64,000 nucleotides of DNA. Source: Planctomycetota bacterium. Its GTDB lineage: Bacteria; Planctomycetota; PLA2; JAEUHO01. The notes below the pieces were generated by a model. The model was not told the origin of the DNA. It was given only the letters and a program-made list of their open reading frames with translations, and did not search any database. The stretch lies in assembly GCA_965222115.1 (NCBI GenBank), contig CBDCTJ010000007.1, positions 2,240,001-2,304,000 of the forward strand. The letters are read 5' to 3'. Shown one piece after another: positions 1 to 11,500 of the stretch. How positions within the stretch are numbered: position 1 is the first letter of the stretch; each line of letters starts with the position of its first letter. A program made the position numbers and the translations under genes.

Positions 1-316
1 CCACCGTGTCGGCATAACGATCCAAATACTTGCGTATGGCGTCGATGGACAACGCGGGGCGTTTGGATGAACTGCGAACGTCTTTGGCGAGCAGCATGAC
101 CAACCCAGTAACGGCCATGGTGAACTGTTTGCGCGGCGTTCCGGAACTCTCGCGCATACTGGGAAGCGTGCGTTCGAGATAGCCCACGCCTTTCAACGCT
201 GATTCAATAGCACTTGCCTTTCGTTTGCCACGCTCCTTGGCGATGGATGTGCCAGCACTTACCGATAGTGCGATTGCAAGCGCCGTAGCCGTTGAGATCA
301 CTCTACGTCGTGTCAT
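1..316 (-). CDS. Secreted protein, N-terminal part only (runs off the window); possibly prenyltransferase/squalene-oxidase-repeat type
   Basis: ATG at 316 with GGGAG upstream. Reads MTRRRVISTATALAIALSVSAGTSIAKE (signal peptide) then AIESALKGVGYL, and stays open to the window edge. Confidence 0.6.
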   Translation of the reverse strand, partial: MTRRRVISTATALAIALSVSAGTSIAKERGKRKASAIESALKGVGYLERTLPSMRESSGTPRKQFTMAVTGLVMLLAKDVRSSSKRPALSIDAIRKYLDRYADTV

Positions 317-512
317 GGCGCGTCTCCCTGCGTTGTGACTCCCTACGCCTTCGTCCTCGTTTCGTTTGAACGTTTCTGAGCATTGAAATTTTCAGGATTC
401 GTCAAACACCGTCTGTTTGGCGGCGTATGAGGAAAGAAGGGTGCGGCTTTCTCCTGCGCATTGAGTTCGTCCTCATCACTTGTGCTCGTCCGTTCACGTC
501 GAGGGAGTCGCC

Positions 513-2516
513 ATGGTTCACGTTTCGATCTTCGCGAGCCCTCTTAGATTGTACTCGAACGGGTTTGTGAAAATCGCAGGGGTGGCCACGTTGCTCTGCA
601 TGTCTTCACTGTGTTGCTCACCGTGTTGCTGGTTACTGTCTGCGGCGAGCGCCTCTCCCCAAGCGGATGTGCCATCAGCGCGTCAAGTCATACACAGGCG
701 TTCGAAATCACTTCATGATGCGATTCTCGTTGCATGCGGTCACGCTGTAGGTGAACATAAGCGTCAGGGCGCGCTCATTGTGGATGTCACACCGCATGTT
801 CGCAAGCACGCGCACCTGATTCAGGAGGCATTACGCGCCTTGTCCGATGACGATCGCGGACCCAAGCGTTGGCGCGTTGCACGACTCGGCGGCTCGTTTT
901 CACCGGCGGTGCCGCCTCGATCCCTTGCGCCGTTGATTCCTCCACTGTTTCACGCAAAGACAACGGAGCGCAATACGTTTGAACTACTCGCCAACACGAT
1001 TAAGTCGCTCAAACGCCGCGACGTATCGGTGGTATTCATCGCCGATTGGCAATTTGAGGACGAGTACCGTTTGGAGCGATTCATCAAGTTGATGAGCGAT
1101 CGCCGCCACCGATTTGGTGTTGTGGGTTCCGAAGCTGGTTTTGGACGCGCGTGGAACGACGGCGTACTCGATGTCCGCGAGCGCTTGCACAATTTTGACG
1201 CGTTGAAAGGAAACCTCGGCAAAGGCGCGGACATGAAGGCGAAATCGCGCTACGACGCCACCATTGGCCGCGCGCCCTTTGGACCCGTAACCCGTGAGGC
1301 GCCCTGGCATGGGGGCGACACGGCCTATCCGCACATCCCGTATCGATATTCGGCTCAACTCTGGAAGACTGAGTTTTCGCCACGGGATCTTGAGTTTGAC
1401 AGCGGCGAGCACGAGCGATCGCGTCGCCGCGTGCGTTCCGAAGATATGGAAGACCTGCTGGAGCGACGCGGGCGAGGTCCCAATATCACGCGTGCCAGCA
1501 TGGGTCGTGCCGTCGCACTGCCATCCACTTTTGGTCCTTATGGCCTCATGCGCGCGGCCAGCATGCTCGGTGGAAAGTACGTTCTGTGGTCTTGGAATCC
1601 AACAGGCCGCAGTCCACTGGTCTATGACTTCAGTCGCTGCGATTTCTTCGAACCCGACTTGCGATCGCGCTCAGCCATTCGCGCCTCCATTACGCGCAAT
1701 GCGTTGTCACGCGCGCTCCTGAAAGCATGGCATCGCATCGCATCGAAATTCGACGCGGTCGCCGAACACACCCCGCCTCTCTCACAGGGAGCTGGGCCTG
1801 CTTCGATCGACTTGCTTGAGCGCTCGGCCACGCAGCTTCCAACGATGCTTCGTGGACCATCGGATGTGCGTGAACTCGTGCGACGCGCCACGCAATGGCA
1901 GCGGGCCACACGCGATGCACAGACGATATTGCGTACCGCCGTTACTCGTGCACGTGCCGACGCGAAGGGCCCGCGCCGCCTCCTTGCCGATGCCGAACTC
2001 GCTCTGCACACGCTGCACGTGATCGACTTTCAGTTGGGTGAGTCGTTAGCCGTCGCACGAAACATTCCTCGAGTTGCATGGAAGAAGGAGGGGACGCGTG
2101 TGGTCGTGTCACCACGCCCGTGGATTCTGCGCGGCGACGATCCGGAGAACATTGAGAAGGTGCACGGGGTGACGCCTCACCAAGAGGACCGAGCTGCCGA
2201 AATCGAGGCCGCTCGTGCGCGTCATTTGCGGCGTTACCGGGCCACACCGTTCGGCGTACAGGTCGCGGCGAACCCCGTCAACACCTACAGGCTGCGGGTT
2301 ATTGAGCCGCGCGAGTCGAAGGGCGAGCGCCGCTTCCCCGGTCGCGGCTTGGCCGAGTCCGACGGGAAGAAGCGGCCTCGAACGCCTCGGCCGCGCGCCC
2401 GTCCCGATGACACGGAGACGGAGCCATCGGAACCCGAGTCTGAGCCTGGACGTCCCGCGCCGCCACCTCGCGGTGGATCATCGGGCGGCGGCGGACCGCA
2501 GACGGGTGGGGGTTAG
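513..2516 (+). CDS. Hypothetical protein with Pro/Gly-rich C-terminal tail
   Basis: ORF of ~670 aa, GGGAG before ATG 513, hydrophobic N-terminus; no recognised family. Confidence 0.6.
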   Translation: MVHVSIFASPLRLYSNGFVKIAGVATLLCMSSLCCSPCCWLLSAASASPQADVPSARQVIHRRSKSLHDAILVACGHAVGEHKRQGALIVDVTPHVRKHAHLIQEALRALSDDDRGPKRWRVARLGGSFSPAVPPRSLAPLIPPLFHAKTTERNTFELLANTIKSLKRRDVSVVFIADWQFEDEYRLERFIKLMSDRRHRFGVVGSEAGFGRAWNDGVLDVRERLHNFDALKGNLGKGADMKAKSRYDATIGRAPFGPVTREAPWHGGDTAYPHIPYRYSAQLWKTEFSPRDLEFDSGEHERSRRRVRSEDMEDLLERRGRGPNITRASMGRAVALPSTFGPYGLMRAASMLGGKYVLWSWNPTGRSPLVYDFSRCDFFEPDLRSRSAIRASITRNALSRALLKAWHRIASKFDAVAEHTPPLSQGAGPASIDLLERSATQLPTMLRGPSDVRELVRRATQWQRATRDAQTILRTAVTRARADAKGPRRLLADAELALHTLHVIDFQLGESLAVARNIPRVAWKKEGTRVVVSPRPWILRGDDPENIEKVHGVTPHQEDRAAEIEAARARHLRRYRATPFGVQVAANPVNTYRLRVIEPRESKGERRFPGRGLAESDGKKRPRTPRPRARPDDTETEPSEPESEPGRPAPPPRGGSSGGGGPQTGGG

Positions 2517-2965
2517 ATTCGGTCTCGGCTGATTCGGTTGGCAACCTCGTTACCTATCTCTTGAGGGCCATTTGCTGCCCCTAGGCGACTTACGCCCACC
2601 GTTGCAACGCTCCGCGCCGCTGTGGATGCGCCTCGCAATAACCTGTGGTCCATTTCGTATAGGCATGGGTGTTGCAGATTGACGGTCCCGCTTCGCTTCG
2701 CGAAATCAACGTGACGCCCGTCCGCCCGTCCGCCCGTCCCGCGCCCATCCGAAGCCATTCGCATATGCGAAGGCATGGCATCGTGCAGGCATTGGTGCCG
2801 TCGTGCCGCGCGCATACCGTTGGCCGTTCGAGGACGCATAAGAGAAGCAGAGCCCAGGCATATCGAGCCCGGCGCGGCAACGCATCGGCGCACGTGTGTC
2901 AACCAAGGCCCCTGTGTCAGCCAAGACCGGTGCCCCGTTCGGGGTCCCGGCGTTTTGGAGAAGCT

Positions 2966-5470
2966 ATGGCGCGTTTGACCTACAAGGTCGACGACGAAGA
3001 ACGAGTCGTAGAACTTGACCCCAACAATGCGGTGCGCATTGGGCGCGATGAAGCCTGTACCATCCCGCTTCCCGATGTTCGCGGTGTCTCGCGGCGGCAC
3101 TGTCAAATCATGGCGCTTCCGCATCAAGGGCGAACGGTTTGGGAGTTGACCGATCTCGGCGCCACCAACAAGACCCACGTCAATGGCAAGCCCGCCGATC
3201 GAAAAGTGCTGTCAAGCGGCGACACCATTCAAGTGGGCGAGTGCGAGTTTGCATTTGCGGATGAAGAAGAAGAGAAGCAACTGCGCGAAGCCGGTAGCCA
3301 GGGCGTGTGTTATCTCGAATGGGTTACCGGCGGACAGAAGGGCGCGAAAGTTTGGCTCGACAAGCCCCGCGTGACGATGGGTCGTCGCGACTCGAGCACC
3401 ATTCCCCTTGATGACCGAATGGCCTCGGGTCACCACGCCGAAATCACCAAAGACCTCAACGGTTTCACGATTCGCGATATGGGTTCAACCAACGGCACGT
3501 TGGTCAACGGCGAACCCACGACCGAGGCTCCGCTCAATCACGGGACGCGTATTCGCATCGGCAACAGTCGCTTCGTTTTCAAAGACCCCTCCATGAAAGA
3601 CATCGAAGTCGAACTCTCGCAGTTCGATGATGACGACGGTTGGGGGATGATGGGCGACATCGATCTCACCAAGGCTCGTGGGTCGTATGGCGGATTGCTC
3701 GCCAGTCTGTTGCTATTGGGTCTGGTTGGAGCGGGTGCCTATTTCTTCTTGAACGCAAAGAAGAAGACCAACATCGCAGGCGTTACGGCCGACACGCTCG
3801 TCACCAATCACAACTTTGACGACGCCCAAAATTTGCTGTGGTCCGAAGAGGGCGGCGGAGATGACGTGGGCGTGGTGATACGTGGCAAGGGCAAGAAGGC
3901 CGCGCTGGTTGTGACCGGGAACTCCGCCGAGGACGAAGGAAGCGCAGCAAAATCACGTATCGTCGTGTATGACGAGTCGTTCGCCGCGCTCGATCAACCG
4001 CTTCATATTCAGGCCAAGTCTCGCAGCAGTGATCCCGCATCGGGCATGGTGGGTATTTGGCGCAGCGGTGCAGCGAGTGCCACCAGTCTCACGCGCACGA
4101 TCATGCTTCAGCCCACCGAAGGTGACACCGTTGATGTCGTTCTCTCGCGTCCGCCGTGGGCCGACTCGTTCACATTGGGTGTGCTGGTACAGCCCGATGC
4201 TTCCGTGACCATCGACAATGTGTTGGTGGACTACAATGCAGATCTAGACGCCAAGGCGATTGACATTGAGTGTGCTGGCGATCCCACGGCCCACGTCAAC
4301 AGTGACGGCACCATCGACATTCTCAATAGTGCAGTCGTCATGGCCGCCGGTTGTCAGCCCGTTGCGCAAGACGAACGCGGTGAACTGCTTACACGCTTCA
4401 TGGTTGACGGCGCGCCGTCGGCGTCGGGTGAGACGGTTTCGATTCGTGGAACATTGTCTAGCGGAGAATCGACGGTACCTGTCTCCATGAAGATTGCCTC
4501 CACGCCCGATGGACTTCAGATTTCGATCGAAGGCCAGGGCGCCAAGGCCGTTGGGCTTCGTACGCTTCAACCGCTTGCCAATCTCTCGGCGGGTGTACAC
4601 GTCCTCACAACATCGGGGCCGCGTACGTTGGGTGCTGAAGCGGGTTCGAAGGCCGAGCAGGTACGAAAGACGCTTGCGGGCGAGCCTAAGGCAACCGCGC
4701 AAAGCCCGGTTACGCTCGTGACGATTGCTTCATCGGCATCGGGCGATGAAGCACCCGCGCCCACCACGCTCTCCATCGCCGATACGCTCGACCCCTCCAT
4801 GTTGGCCATCACCAATGTGGCCTCGGGTGCATCGGCCACGTTGGATGTGGTGACCAACTACCGCGCGCAGGATGAAAAGGCGCGCACCGCCTATGATCAG
4901 GCCAAAGTCGTGCTGGCCAACAAACCCATCGTGGGCATCACGCAGATGCGAGCCGTCGCGCAAGAGTACCCGTTTGCCGAAGCGGTTCGCGACAGTGCGT
5001 TGAAGGACGCCGCCGACACCGAGAAGAAGGTGCGGCAGCAGGTTCAGGCGTTTCGCGAGTCGTTGCATCGCTTCCGCATCTTCCAAAGTGAAGAAGCGCT
5101 TACAGAGCTTACGACGCTACAGTCCGCGCTCGAATCGAGCGTTGAGGGATTGACGCCCGAGCAAGGGGCTGTGGTGGGCGAAGTCCACGATTTGCTGAAG
5201 GCCACCAACGAAGCAAAGGCCGAGCACTATCGCAAGAACGCGGGGCTCGAAATGAGTCGCCTCGAACGCTTCGCCAATGTGCTCAAGGGCACCGATGGCT
5301 ACAAACCTATGGCCGCCCTGCTCTTCCAGACCATCCAGTCGCGTTTCGCTGCACTGGGTGATGACGAGTCGTTTCGCGCGCGCATGGAAGCCGCAAAGGC
5401 CAGTTTGAAAGAGCTTACGGGTGACCCCAACGTAAACACGGCCCTGCCGCCACCCGTGGAGGGGAAGTAG
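2966..5470 (+). CDS. Double FHA-domain membrane protein with large extracytoplasmic region
   Basis: Two FHA signatures (IGRD..VSRRH..DLGATNKTHVNG; MGRR..ASGHH..DMGSTNGTLVNG), then a TM segment (GLLASLLLLGLVGAGAYFFL); GGAG before ATG 2966. Confidence 0.85.
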   Translation: MARLTYKVDDEERVVELDPNNAVRIGRDEACTIPLPDVRGVSRRHCQIMALPHQGRTVWELTDLGATNKTHVNGKPADRKVLSSGDTIQVGECEFAFADEEEEKQLREAGSQGVCYLEWVTGGQKGAKVWLDKPRVTMGRRDSSTIPLDDRMASGHHAEITKDLNGFTIRDMGSTNGTLVNGEPTTEAPLNHGTRIRIGNSRFVFKDPSMKDIEVELSQFDDDDGWGMMGDIDLTKARGSYGGLLASLLLLGLVGAGAYFFLNAKKKTNIAGVTADTLVTNHNFDDAQNLLWSEEGGGDDVGVVIRGKGKKAALVVTGNSAEDEGSAAKSRIVVYDESFAALDQPLHIQAKSRSSDPASGMVGIWRSGAASATSLTRTIMLQPTEGDTVDVVLSRPPWADSFTLGVLVQPDASVTIDNVLVDYNADLDAKAIDIECAGDPTAHVNSDGTIDILNSAVVMAAGCQPVAQDERGELLTRFMVDGAPSASGETVSIRGTLSSGESTVPVSMKIASTPDGLQISIEGQGAKAVGLRTLQPLANLSAGVHVLTTSGPRTLGAEAGSKAEQVRKTLAGEPKATAQSPVTLVTIASSASGDEAPAPTTLSIADTLDPSMLAITNVASGASATLDVVTNYRAQDEKARTAYDQAKVVLANKPIVGITQMRAVAQEYPFAEAVRDSALKDAADTEKKVRQQVQAFRESLHRFRIFQSEEALTELTTLQSALESSVEGLTPEQGAVVGEVHDLLKATNEAKAEHYRKNAGLEMSRLERFANVLKGTDGYKPMAALLFQTIQSRFAALGDDESFRARMEAAKASLKELTGDPNVNTALPPPVEGK

Positions 5471-5519
5471 ATGAACGTGTTCACGAACTCCCCCCGCATG
5501 ACAATCGAAGGAGTTGACC

Positions 5520-7448
5520 ATGGCATCTAGTGGACTGGGCGCCACCATCGGAAGCCACTCGCTTCGCGCCATCAAGATCAAGAAGAAGGGGCGCGGCGAC
5601 TCGTTTGTTGTCCAACGCGTGTTTTCCGATCGTGTCAACGATGAAACGCGCCGCGTTGCCGGGCGCGCGCTCGCAGCGCGCGGGATCAAGGGAATACCCG
5701 CTACGGTCGGACTCACGGGTCGCGACGTCATCATTCGCTACAGCCAGATTCCACCGGTTCCCGATTGGCGTCTGCAGACATTGATGAAATTTGAGGTCGA
5801 AGAAGTCAGCAGTCAGTCCGGTGGCGATGTCTCCGCGGACTATCGCAAGCTTGACCTGCCCGATCCCGAGGGCGAACGCGACGACGACACCGTGCTCGTG
5901 GCTCTCGCACGCAACCGGCATGTAGACACGCTCATCAAGTCGCTGGACACGGGCGGACTCAAATACGGCAATGGTGTGCCCAATAGCGTGGCGCTCTTCA
6001 ATGCCTTCGCCATCAACGCCACCTACACCGACAAAGAGACCACGCTGCTCGTCAATATTGGCGCCGACAACCTCGATATGGCGATTCAGCAGGGCGGCGA
6101 GTTGATCTTCGCGCGCAATGCAACGCCCGCGGGGCAGGCCTTTACCGAGGCCATTGAGCGTGCGTTTAGCACACCGACCAACAAAGCCGAGCGCATGAAG
6201 ACCAGCAAGGCGGATGTCACGCCGAAGAGCCAAGCAAAGTATCCCGATCCCGCGTCGGAGAAAATCGCCAACGCCATCATCGGTGTGGCGGGTCAACTCG
6301 CATCGCTGATTCAGTCCACGCTCATGATTGCGCGCGCTCAAACGCGCACGCCGGGCCTCACGGTGGATCGCGTCTTGCTCAGTGGGGGCGGCGCCTCGCT
6401 AAAGGGCATCGACCTCTACCTCAAGCAAGCCATGGGGATCGACGTCGAGCGCTTTGACCCCTTCGATTTGTGTGACCTGACGCAGCTTAGCGACGACGAA
6501 CAGGCCATGATTGAGAAGGCGCCGCACGAGTTTGTGATTCCACTCGGTCTGGCGCAGACCGATCTGTCGCCCGCCGCGTTCAATCTTTCCGTCATGCCGG
6601 CCGCGCTTAAGCGCAAGCGCGACTTTGCCACCAAAGGCATCTGGGTGGCGGCTGCGGGGCTGCTCGCGCTCGGTTCGCTCTATGTGCTCTACAAGAAGCG
6701 CAGTGATGCGTCGAAAGAGTACGCCTCGAAGATCAAGGGCATCGATCGGGAGGCGGGGGCGGCCAAGAGCGCAGATAAGAAAATGCGCAATGTGCTCAAA
6801 GCCGCGCAGCAGGAGAATGTCAAACATCGGTTGCTTGCTGAGCTGACGTCACCGGGCGCGTTGCTCACCAACGTCTTGGCCGAAGTCAAGGAGGGCATCG
6901 AGGCCGTGTCGCCCCACATCTACGTGGACGACGTTCGGCTTGAAGTCTCCAAGAAGACCAACATCTTTCCCTACTACGTCCCCACGGGCAATTCGCCGGC
7001 AAGCGGATTCACCCGCGCGTCGCGCAACTACTACAACACGCGCACGCCCAAGGTGCGGGTAACGGGTCGCATCTCGGGCGGTCAACGACCCGCGCGCCTC
7101 TACGAGCAATTCGTACAGCGCTGTTTGGCCAACCAACGGGGATTGACCGTTGAGACGTTTCAGCGCTACAAGCCCGGTCGCGGGCCCAAGCAGGATGGCA
7201 CGTTCAAACTCGATTTCACGTCGGGTGTGACGCTACTACCCACCGAGAAAGACGGTCGACGCATTACGTTGACCGACCTCAAGCTCGATGAAGCCGAAGA
7301 TCCAACGGCGATCTTGGGTCGCCGCATTGACGGCATATTGGAAAGCGTGCCGCTGAAAGAAATCAACGAAGACCAACGCAATCAGCTTGTGGCCGAGCTC
7401 AAAGAGAAAGCCAAGGCGAGCGCCAACGCATCCGCCAACAACAAGTAG
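5520..7448 (+). CDS. pilM: Type IV pilus assembly protein PilM (actin-like), fused to a PilN-like TM/periplasmic part
   Basis: GATIGSHSLRAI, LLVNIGADNLDMAI and VLLSGGGASLKG actin-fold motifs; PLGLA followed by the 'FNLSVMP' PilN-like motif and a TM helix; GAAGGAG RBS. Confidence 0.8.
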   Translation: MASSGLGATIGSHSLRAIKIKKKGRGDSFVVQRVFSDRVNDETRRVAGRALAARGIKGIPATVGLTGRDVIIRYSQIPPVPDWRLQTLMKFEVEEVSSQSGGDVSADYRKLDLPDPEGERDDDTVLVALARNRHVDTLIKSLDTGGLKYGNGVPNSVALFNAFAINATYTDKETTLLVNIGADNLDMAIQQGGELIFARNATPAGQAFTEAIERAFSTPTNKAERMKTSKADVTPKSQAKYPDPASEKIANAIIGVAGQLASLIQSTLMIARAQTRTPGLTVDRVLLSGGGASLKGIDLYLKQAMGIDVERFDPFDLCDLTQLSDDEQAMIEKAPHEFVIPLGLAQTDLSPAAFNLSVMPAALKRKRDFATKGIWVAAAGLLALGSLYVLYKKRSDASKEYASKIKGIDREAGAAKSADKKMRNVLKAAQQENVKHRLLAELTSPGALLTNVLAEVKEGIEAVSPHIYVDDVRLEVSKKTNIFPYYVPTGNSPASGFTRASRNYYNTRTPKVRVTGRISGGQRPARLYEQFVQRCLANQRGLTVETFQRYKPGRGPKQDGTFKLDFTSGVTLLPTEKDGRRITLTDLKLDEAEDPTAILGRRIDGILESVPLKEINEDQRNQLVAELKEKAKASANASANNK

Positions 7449-7547
7449 ACCGCTCGATTCGGCTACGCCGAGTCAAGACCGATCCACCGGAATCGCAACC
7501 AACCGAGAGTCAGCAACCCAAAGGCAGTAACCAAGAGGCAGTAACAC

Positions 7548-8507
7548 GTGGACGAACTCTGGCAACGCTACCGAACATTCTGGACGCCCGTGCTGATTGG
7601 CATCGGCATCTTCCTGGCAGGCTTGATTGCTGTGCACATCATCTCCGACGACCCGGAAGATGCGGCGCGTAGGGCGAAGAGCAAAGCGCGCAAGTTAAAG
7701 AAGATGCAAAAGCCCGATTCCAGGAAGATTACGGCGCTACGCAATCAGGCGGAGGTGCTCAAGAAGCAAAACGCTGAGTGGGGTCTGCGACTGGATCAGT
7801 CGGGGAGTGGCGGTAAGCGCATGATTGAGGCGGCTGCCGAGCAGTGCCTGCGTGCCGTTCATCTGCGGGGGGCCACGTCCGACGAAGCGGCGTCGCCGAC
7901 TACGCTTGCCGCGCGCTTTGATGACGATGAGTCCGCCGCGCGGCGCGCAATTCGAAAGTACGAAGAGTCTCTAACCGCCCATGTGGAACTGCTTCGCTCC
8001 GGCGATCCGAACGTGGCGTTTAGTCGCCTGCTCAGTGAAGTCTGGGGCACCTTGCGGGTGCGCGCCAACCGCGCCGACGTCGGCATCACCCCGTCGCTTG
8101 GATTCGGCGCGGTGAGTTCGGTTAACCGCGCCACCCTTCCGGCGCGTGCACTCACTCTTGCATTGGTTGCGCGCGTCGTGGATGTCGCGATTCGCCATCG
8201 TGTGCAGTCCGTGGATCACATTCGCATTGACCCCGTACTTCGCCCTGGCAACCCCGGCGACTTCATCATGGAGTGGCCGGTGGGCTTTTCCATCACCGGT
8301 CCGGGCCCGGCCATTATGAAGATCATCGACCATGTGACCGATCCGGCTCATCCGGTTCCCATCGTGGCGAACTCAGTGATTGCTTTGCCCAAGGGACGCC
8401 GCGCAGGTGCCCTCTCCGGCCTCGTTCAAGTCGACATCACACTGGCCAGCACCGTGGTGCGCCCGGATGTCAATCTCAATCTCTCAAAAGAAGATGAGGA
8501 CGCCTAA
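7548..8507 (+). CDS. PilO/GspM-like bitopic membrane protein
   Basis: N-terminal TM, coiled coil, C-terminal EWPVGFSITGP..IMKII ferredoxin-like pattern; directly after pilM. Confidence 0.5.
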   Translation: MDELWQRYRTFWTPVLIGIGIFLAGLIAVHIISDDPEDAARRAKSKARKLKKMQKPDSRKITALRNQAEVLKKQNAEWGLRLDQSGSGGKRMIEAAAEQCLRAVHLRGATSDEAASPTTLAARFDDDESAARRAIRKYEESLTAHVELLRSGDPNVAFSRLLSEVWGTLRVRANRADVGITPSLGFGAVSSVNRATLPARALTLALVARVVDVAIRHRVQSVDHIRIDPVLRPGNPGDFIMEWPVGFSITGPGPAIMKIIDHVTDPAHPVPIVANSVIALPKGRRAGALSGLVQVDITLASTVVRPDVNLNLSKEDEDA

Positions 8508-8509
8508 CC

Positions 8510-11500
8510 ATGGTTTCGCTTCATTCCACATTGGCGAGCGCGTTTGATGGCGTGTTGTTGACGCCCGTCTTTGCCGGTGCATTTACAACGTTCCTCTTGT
8601 TCGTAGCGCTCGGCATTGGCGCGTTGTTCTTTACGGCCGCACTAGACGGTTCCTTGGGCAAAGAGAAAGCGCTGTTGCTCTACGCGGGACTCGTATTGTT
8701 GCTTACCATGTTCGTCATCGGGCCGGCGGCAGCAAAGGGTGCCAAGAAGGGACGGGCGGGCGCCGAAGACAAGGTTCCTGCCTCGGAACTCGATCAGCAA
8801 GGAAATCCGTTTCATCGCGAGGTGCTTGGTCCCGATGTTGAGTTCGCCACCGAAAACGACAGCGGTGACGACTCACGCAACATCTTTCAGAAGTACTCCG
8901 ATACCCGCCCCTTAGCGCCCATCGCACTGGCCACCCCGCCGTGGCTAAAGCTCGACTTTCATCTGCCGCCCACCATTCCCGGACCGGCGCCCGGTGCTCG
9001 ACACGTGCTGCGCGGGCAACGACCCGGGCCATCAGCAAGTGAGGGCGAAGAAGGTGATGACGAAGACGGCGAGAGCATGCCCGAAGGGGATGGATCGCTA
9101 GGGGAGGTCCCCACGGCCAGCTTCACAACGTATGAGCCGCAACCTGCCGATGTTTACGATTGGGTTCTGCAGGGATCGAGACCGCAGTACATCTACATTC
9201 GCGCCATTAACGCGGGGTCAGGTTGGGTCGGCGAGGGGGCGCCCGGCTTTCGGGATCTCCTGTGGTCGTTGGCCAAGCCCAGTGGCTCAGATCGCGATCG
9301 TCTAAACGTGCGCTTCGCCGTCATTGGTGGGGAATCGGAAGCCGCAAAGCGACTTGCGCCCGAGGCCATCGTGAAGGCGCGCGGGTCCTCCGTGACCACG
9401 GCACGCGCCACCGACAAGCCGCGTTGGTTCTTGCGCCGCTCCGTGGACAATCTCTATCTCGCGGCCACGCGAAGCAATGGCATTACGGATCTCAGCGGTG
9501 CCACCGATGCAGGCGCGCTCACCCGTGCCGCGGAGGAGATGGCGAAGGTTGGCGCGACGGGCAAAGAGTTTGGCGAGGGGTGGCGACGCGCTGCCGAGTT
9601 GCTCGAAGCTGCATTGACCATTGCCGAGAAGTCCGGCAGTACCGCACAACAGACGGCGATACTTACCAATCTTCTCAAGGCCTACCGCGCCACCAACGAC
9701 GAGCAGTCCGAACTGCGCGTGCTTGCCAAATATGCCCGCACGAGTCCAACCGCTAGTGAAGCATGGTCGTCGATTGGCGACTTGTTCGTAACAGCCCTCA
9801 ATCTTCCCAAGGAAGCGCTCCCGTACTACGAGCGTGCTATTCAGCTCGACTCCCGAAATGCAAGGGCCATCATTGGACGCGGGCGCGCCCTCAGTCTCGC
9901 GGGGCGTTACGACGACGGTCTGGACGTGCTGCGAAACACACCCGGTGGCAATCCCGACGCCGAAGCCGCGCGGGCCATGGCGCAACTGCGTGTGGGCAAA
10001 CTCGATGAGGCAAAGTCCACCGCCGAGCGCGTTCTTTCGAGCAACGCCGACCATGCACAGGCGATGCTTGTGCGCGGTGCAGTGTTTTATGCAAAGGGTG
10101 AACTCGAAGCGGCGCTACCTGTGTTTCAGCAAGTCTTGGTCATGCCGAGTGCCCAGGCATGGCGCGCTATGGCGGCCTACAATTTGGGTCTTACTGCCAC
10201 GCGCATGAATCGCTTCGCTATGGCATCCGCTGCGTTCGATGCGGCCGACAAGGCGTTGCTCTTTGGGTCTCGTTCGGCGCTTTCGCCCGAGGAAACAGTG
10301 GCGCCCTCCCTGGGCCGTGCGTTTCTCGCCCTTGCCAAGGGGGATGAGGCCGACATAACAACGCAACTGGATTCGGCGCGCAATGAGGCGCCGCGCTCGG
10401 CTTATGTCGATCTCTTTGCCGCGCAGTACTTTGCTGGACAGCCCCTGTCACAAAGTGCCGCGGCGTTCCGCCATCTCACGGATGCATTTCGAAAGTCCAA
10501 GGGCTACGGCGAGATCGACGGCTGGATGGGCAAAGTATGTTCCGAGTTGGGTGTGCTCGAAGGCGCCGAGGGCGGTGGAGAGTCTCGCGCCGGCAACTTT
10601 GAACGCGCGGTGGCGTTCATGAAGCGCATTGCCGATCGGGAAGACAAGCGCGATCGCGATGCCTTTGCCATGCGTGTGCGCGAGGCCATGGTGCGCATCA
10701 ACCGCACCGATCTACCCCGACGTCGGCGCTATACTGAAGCGCTGGATGCTGTCAATATGGTGCTGAAGAAGAACCAACGCCGCGAAGAGCCGTCTGCGCT
10801 TGCGGTGCGCGCGTATTGCAACTACCAGTTGGCCGATTACGACCAATGCATTCGCGACTTTGACAATATTCTCTCCACCGTTCCTGCCGATGCCACCGAT
10901 TGGCGCCGTGCGTTTCGCGACTATGCCGAAGAACAGCGCGCGGCGGTCAACAAGTGGCGCTCGCTCGAAGTCAAGACAGTCACCTTTGATCAGGACCAAC
11001 TTCCGCGAGATCTCTGGCGCCCCGATGAGAGCGGCAGGGTGAAGATTCGCTCCGGCGATGGATGGCTACACTTCGTCGGGCAATCTTCGCGAGACGGATC
11101 GTTGGAGAAGCCGGTCGTTGCCGTCAACAACCCCACGTTGTTTGATAAGAACAGCTTTGTTGAGTTGGCGGTCGTCCTCAAGATTCCCAAGATGGACCGC
11201 AGCGCGGCCGTGAACAACGTCACCTTTGGCATTGAAGTCATGCGCGCGTCGAGGCGTGGTCGCAGCTCCAGCAGCAAGAGTATGGGCGGTATCGGCATCT
11301 TCTACGACAAGGGCCGTGTTGCTGCGCGCAGTGCGAAGGGCAGCGAAGATGCCTTCAAAGATGCGGTGATCCATCGGTTGCTTGACGACGGCGCCGAGGT
11401 GGATTGGCCGGATGGAAACGACGGTGAGGTGGAAGTGCGCTTTGTGCGCGAAGTCGACGAGAAGGGCACCATGGTGGTCTATATCGACGGCAAAGAATTT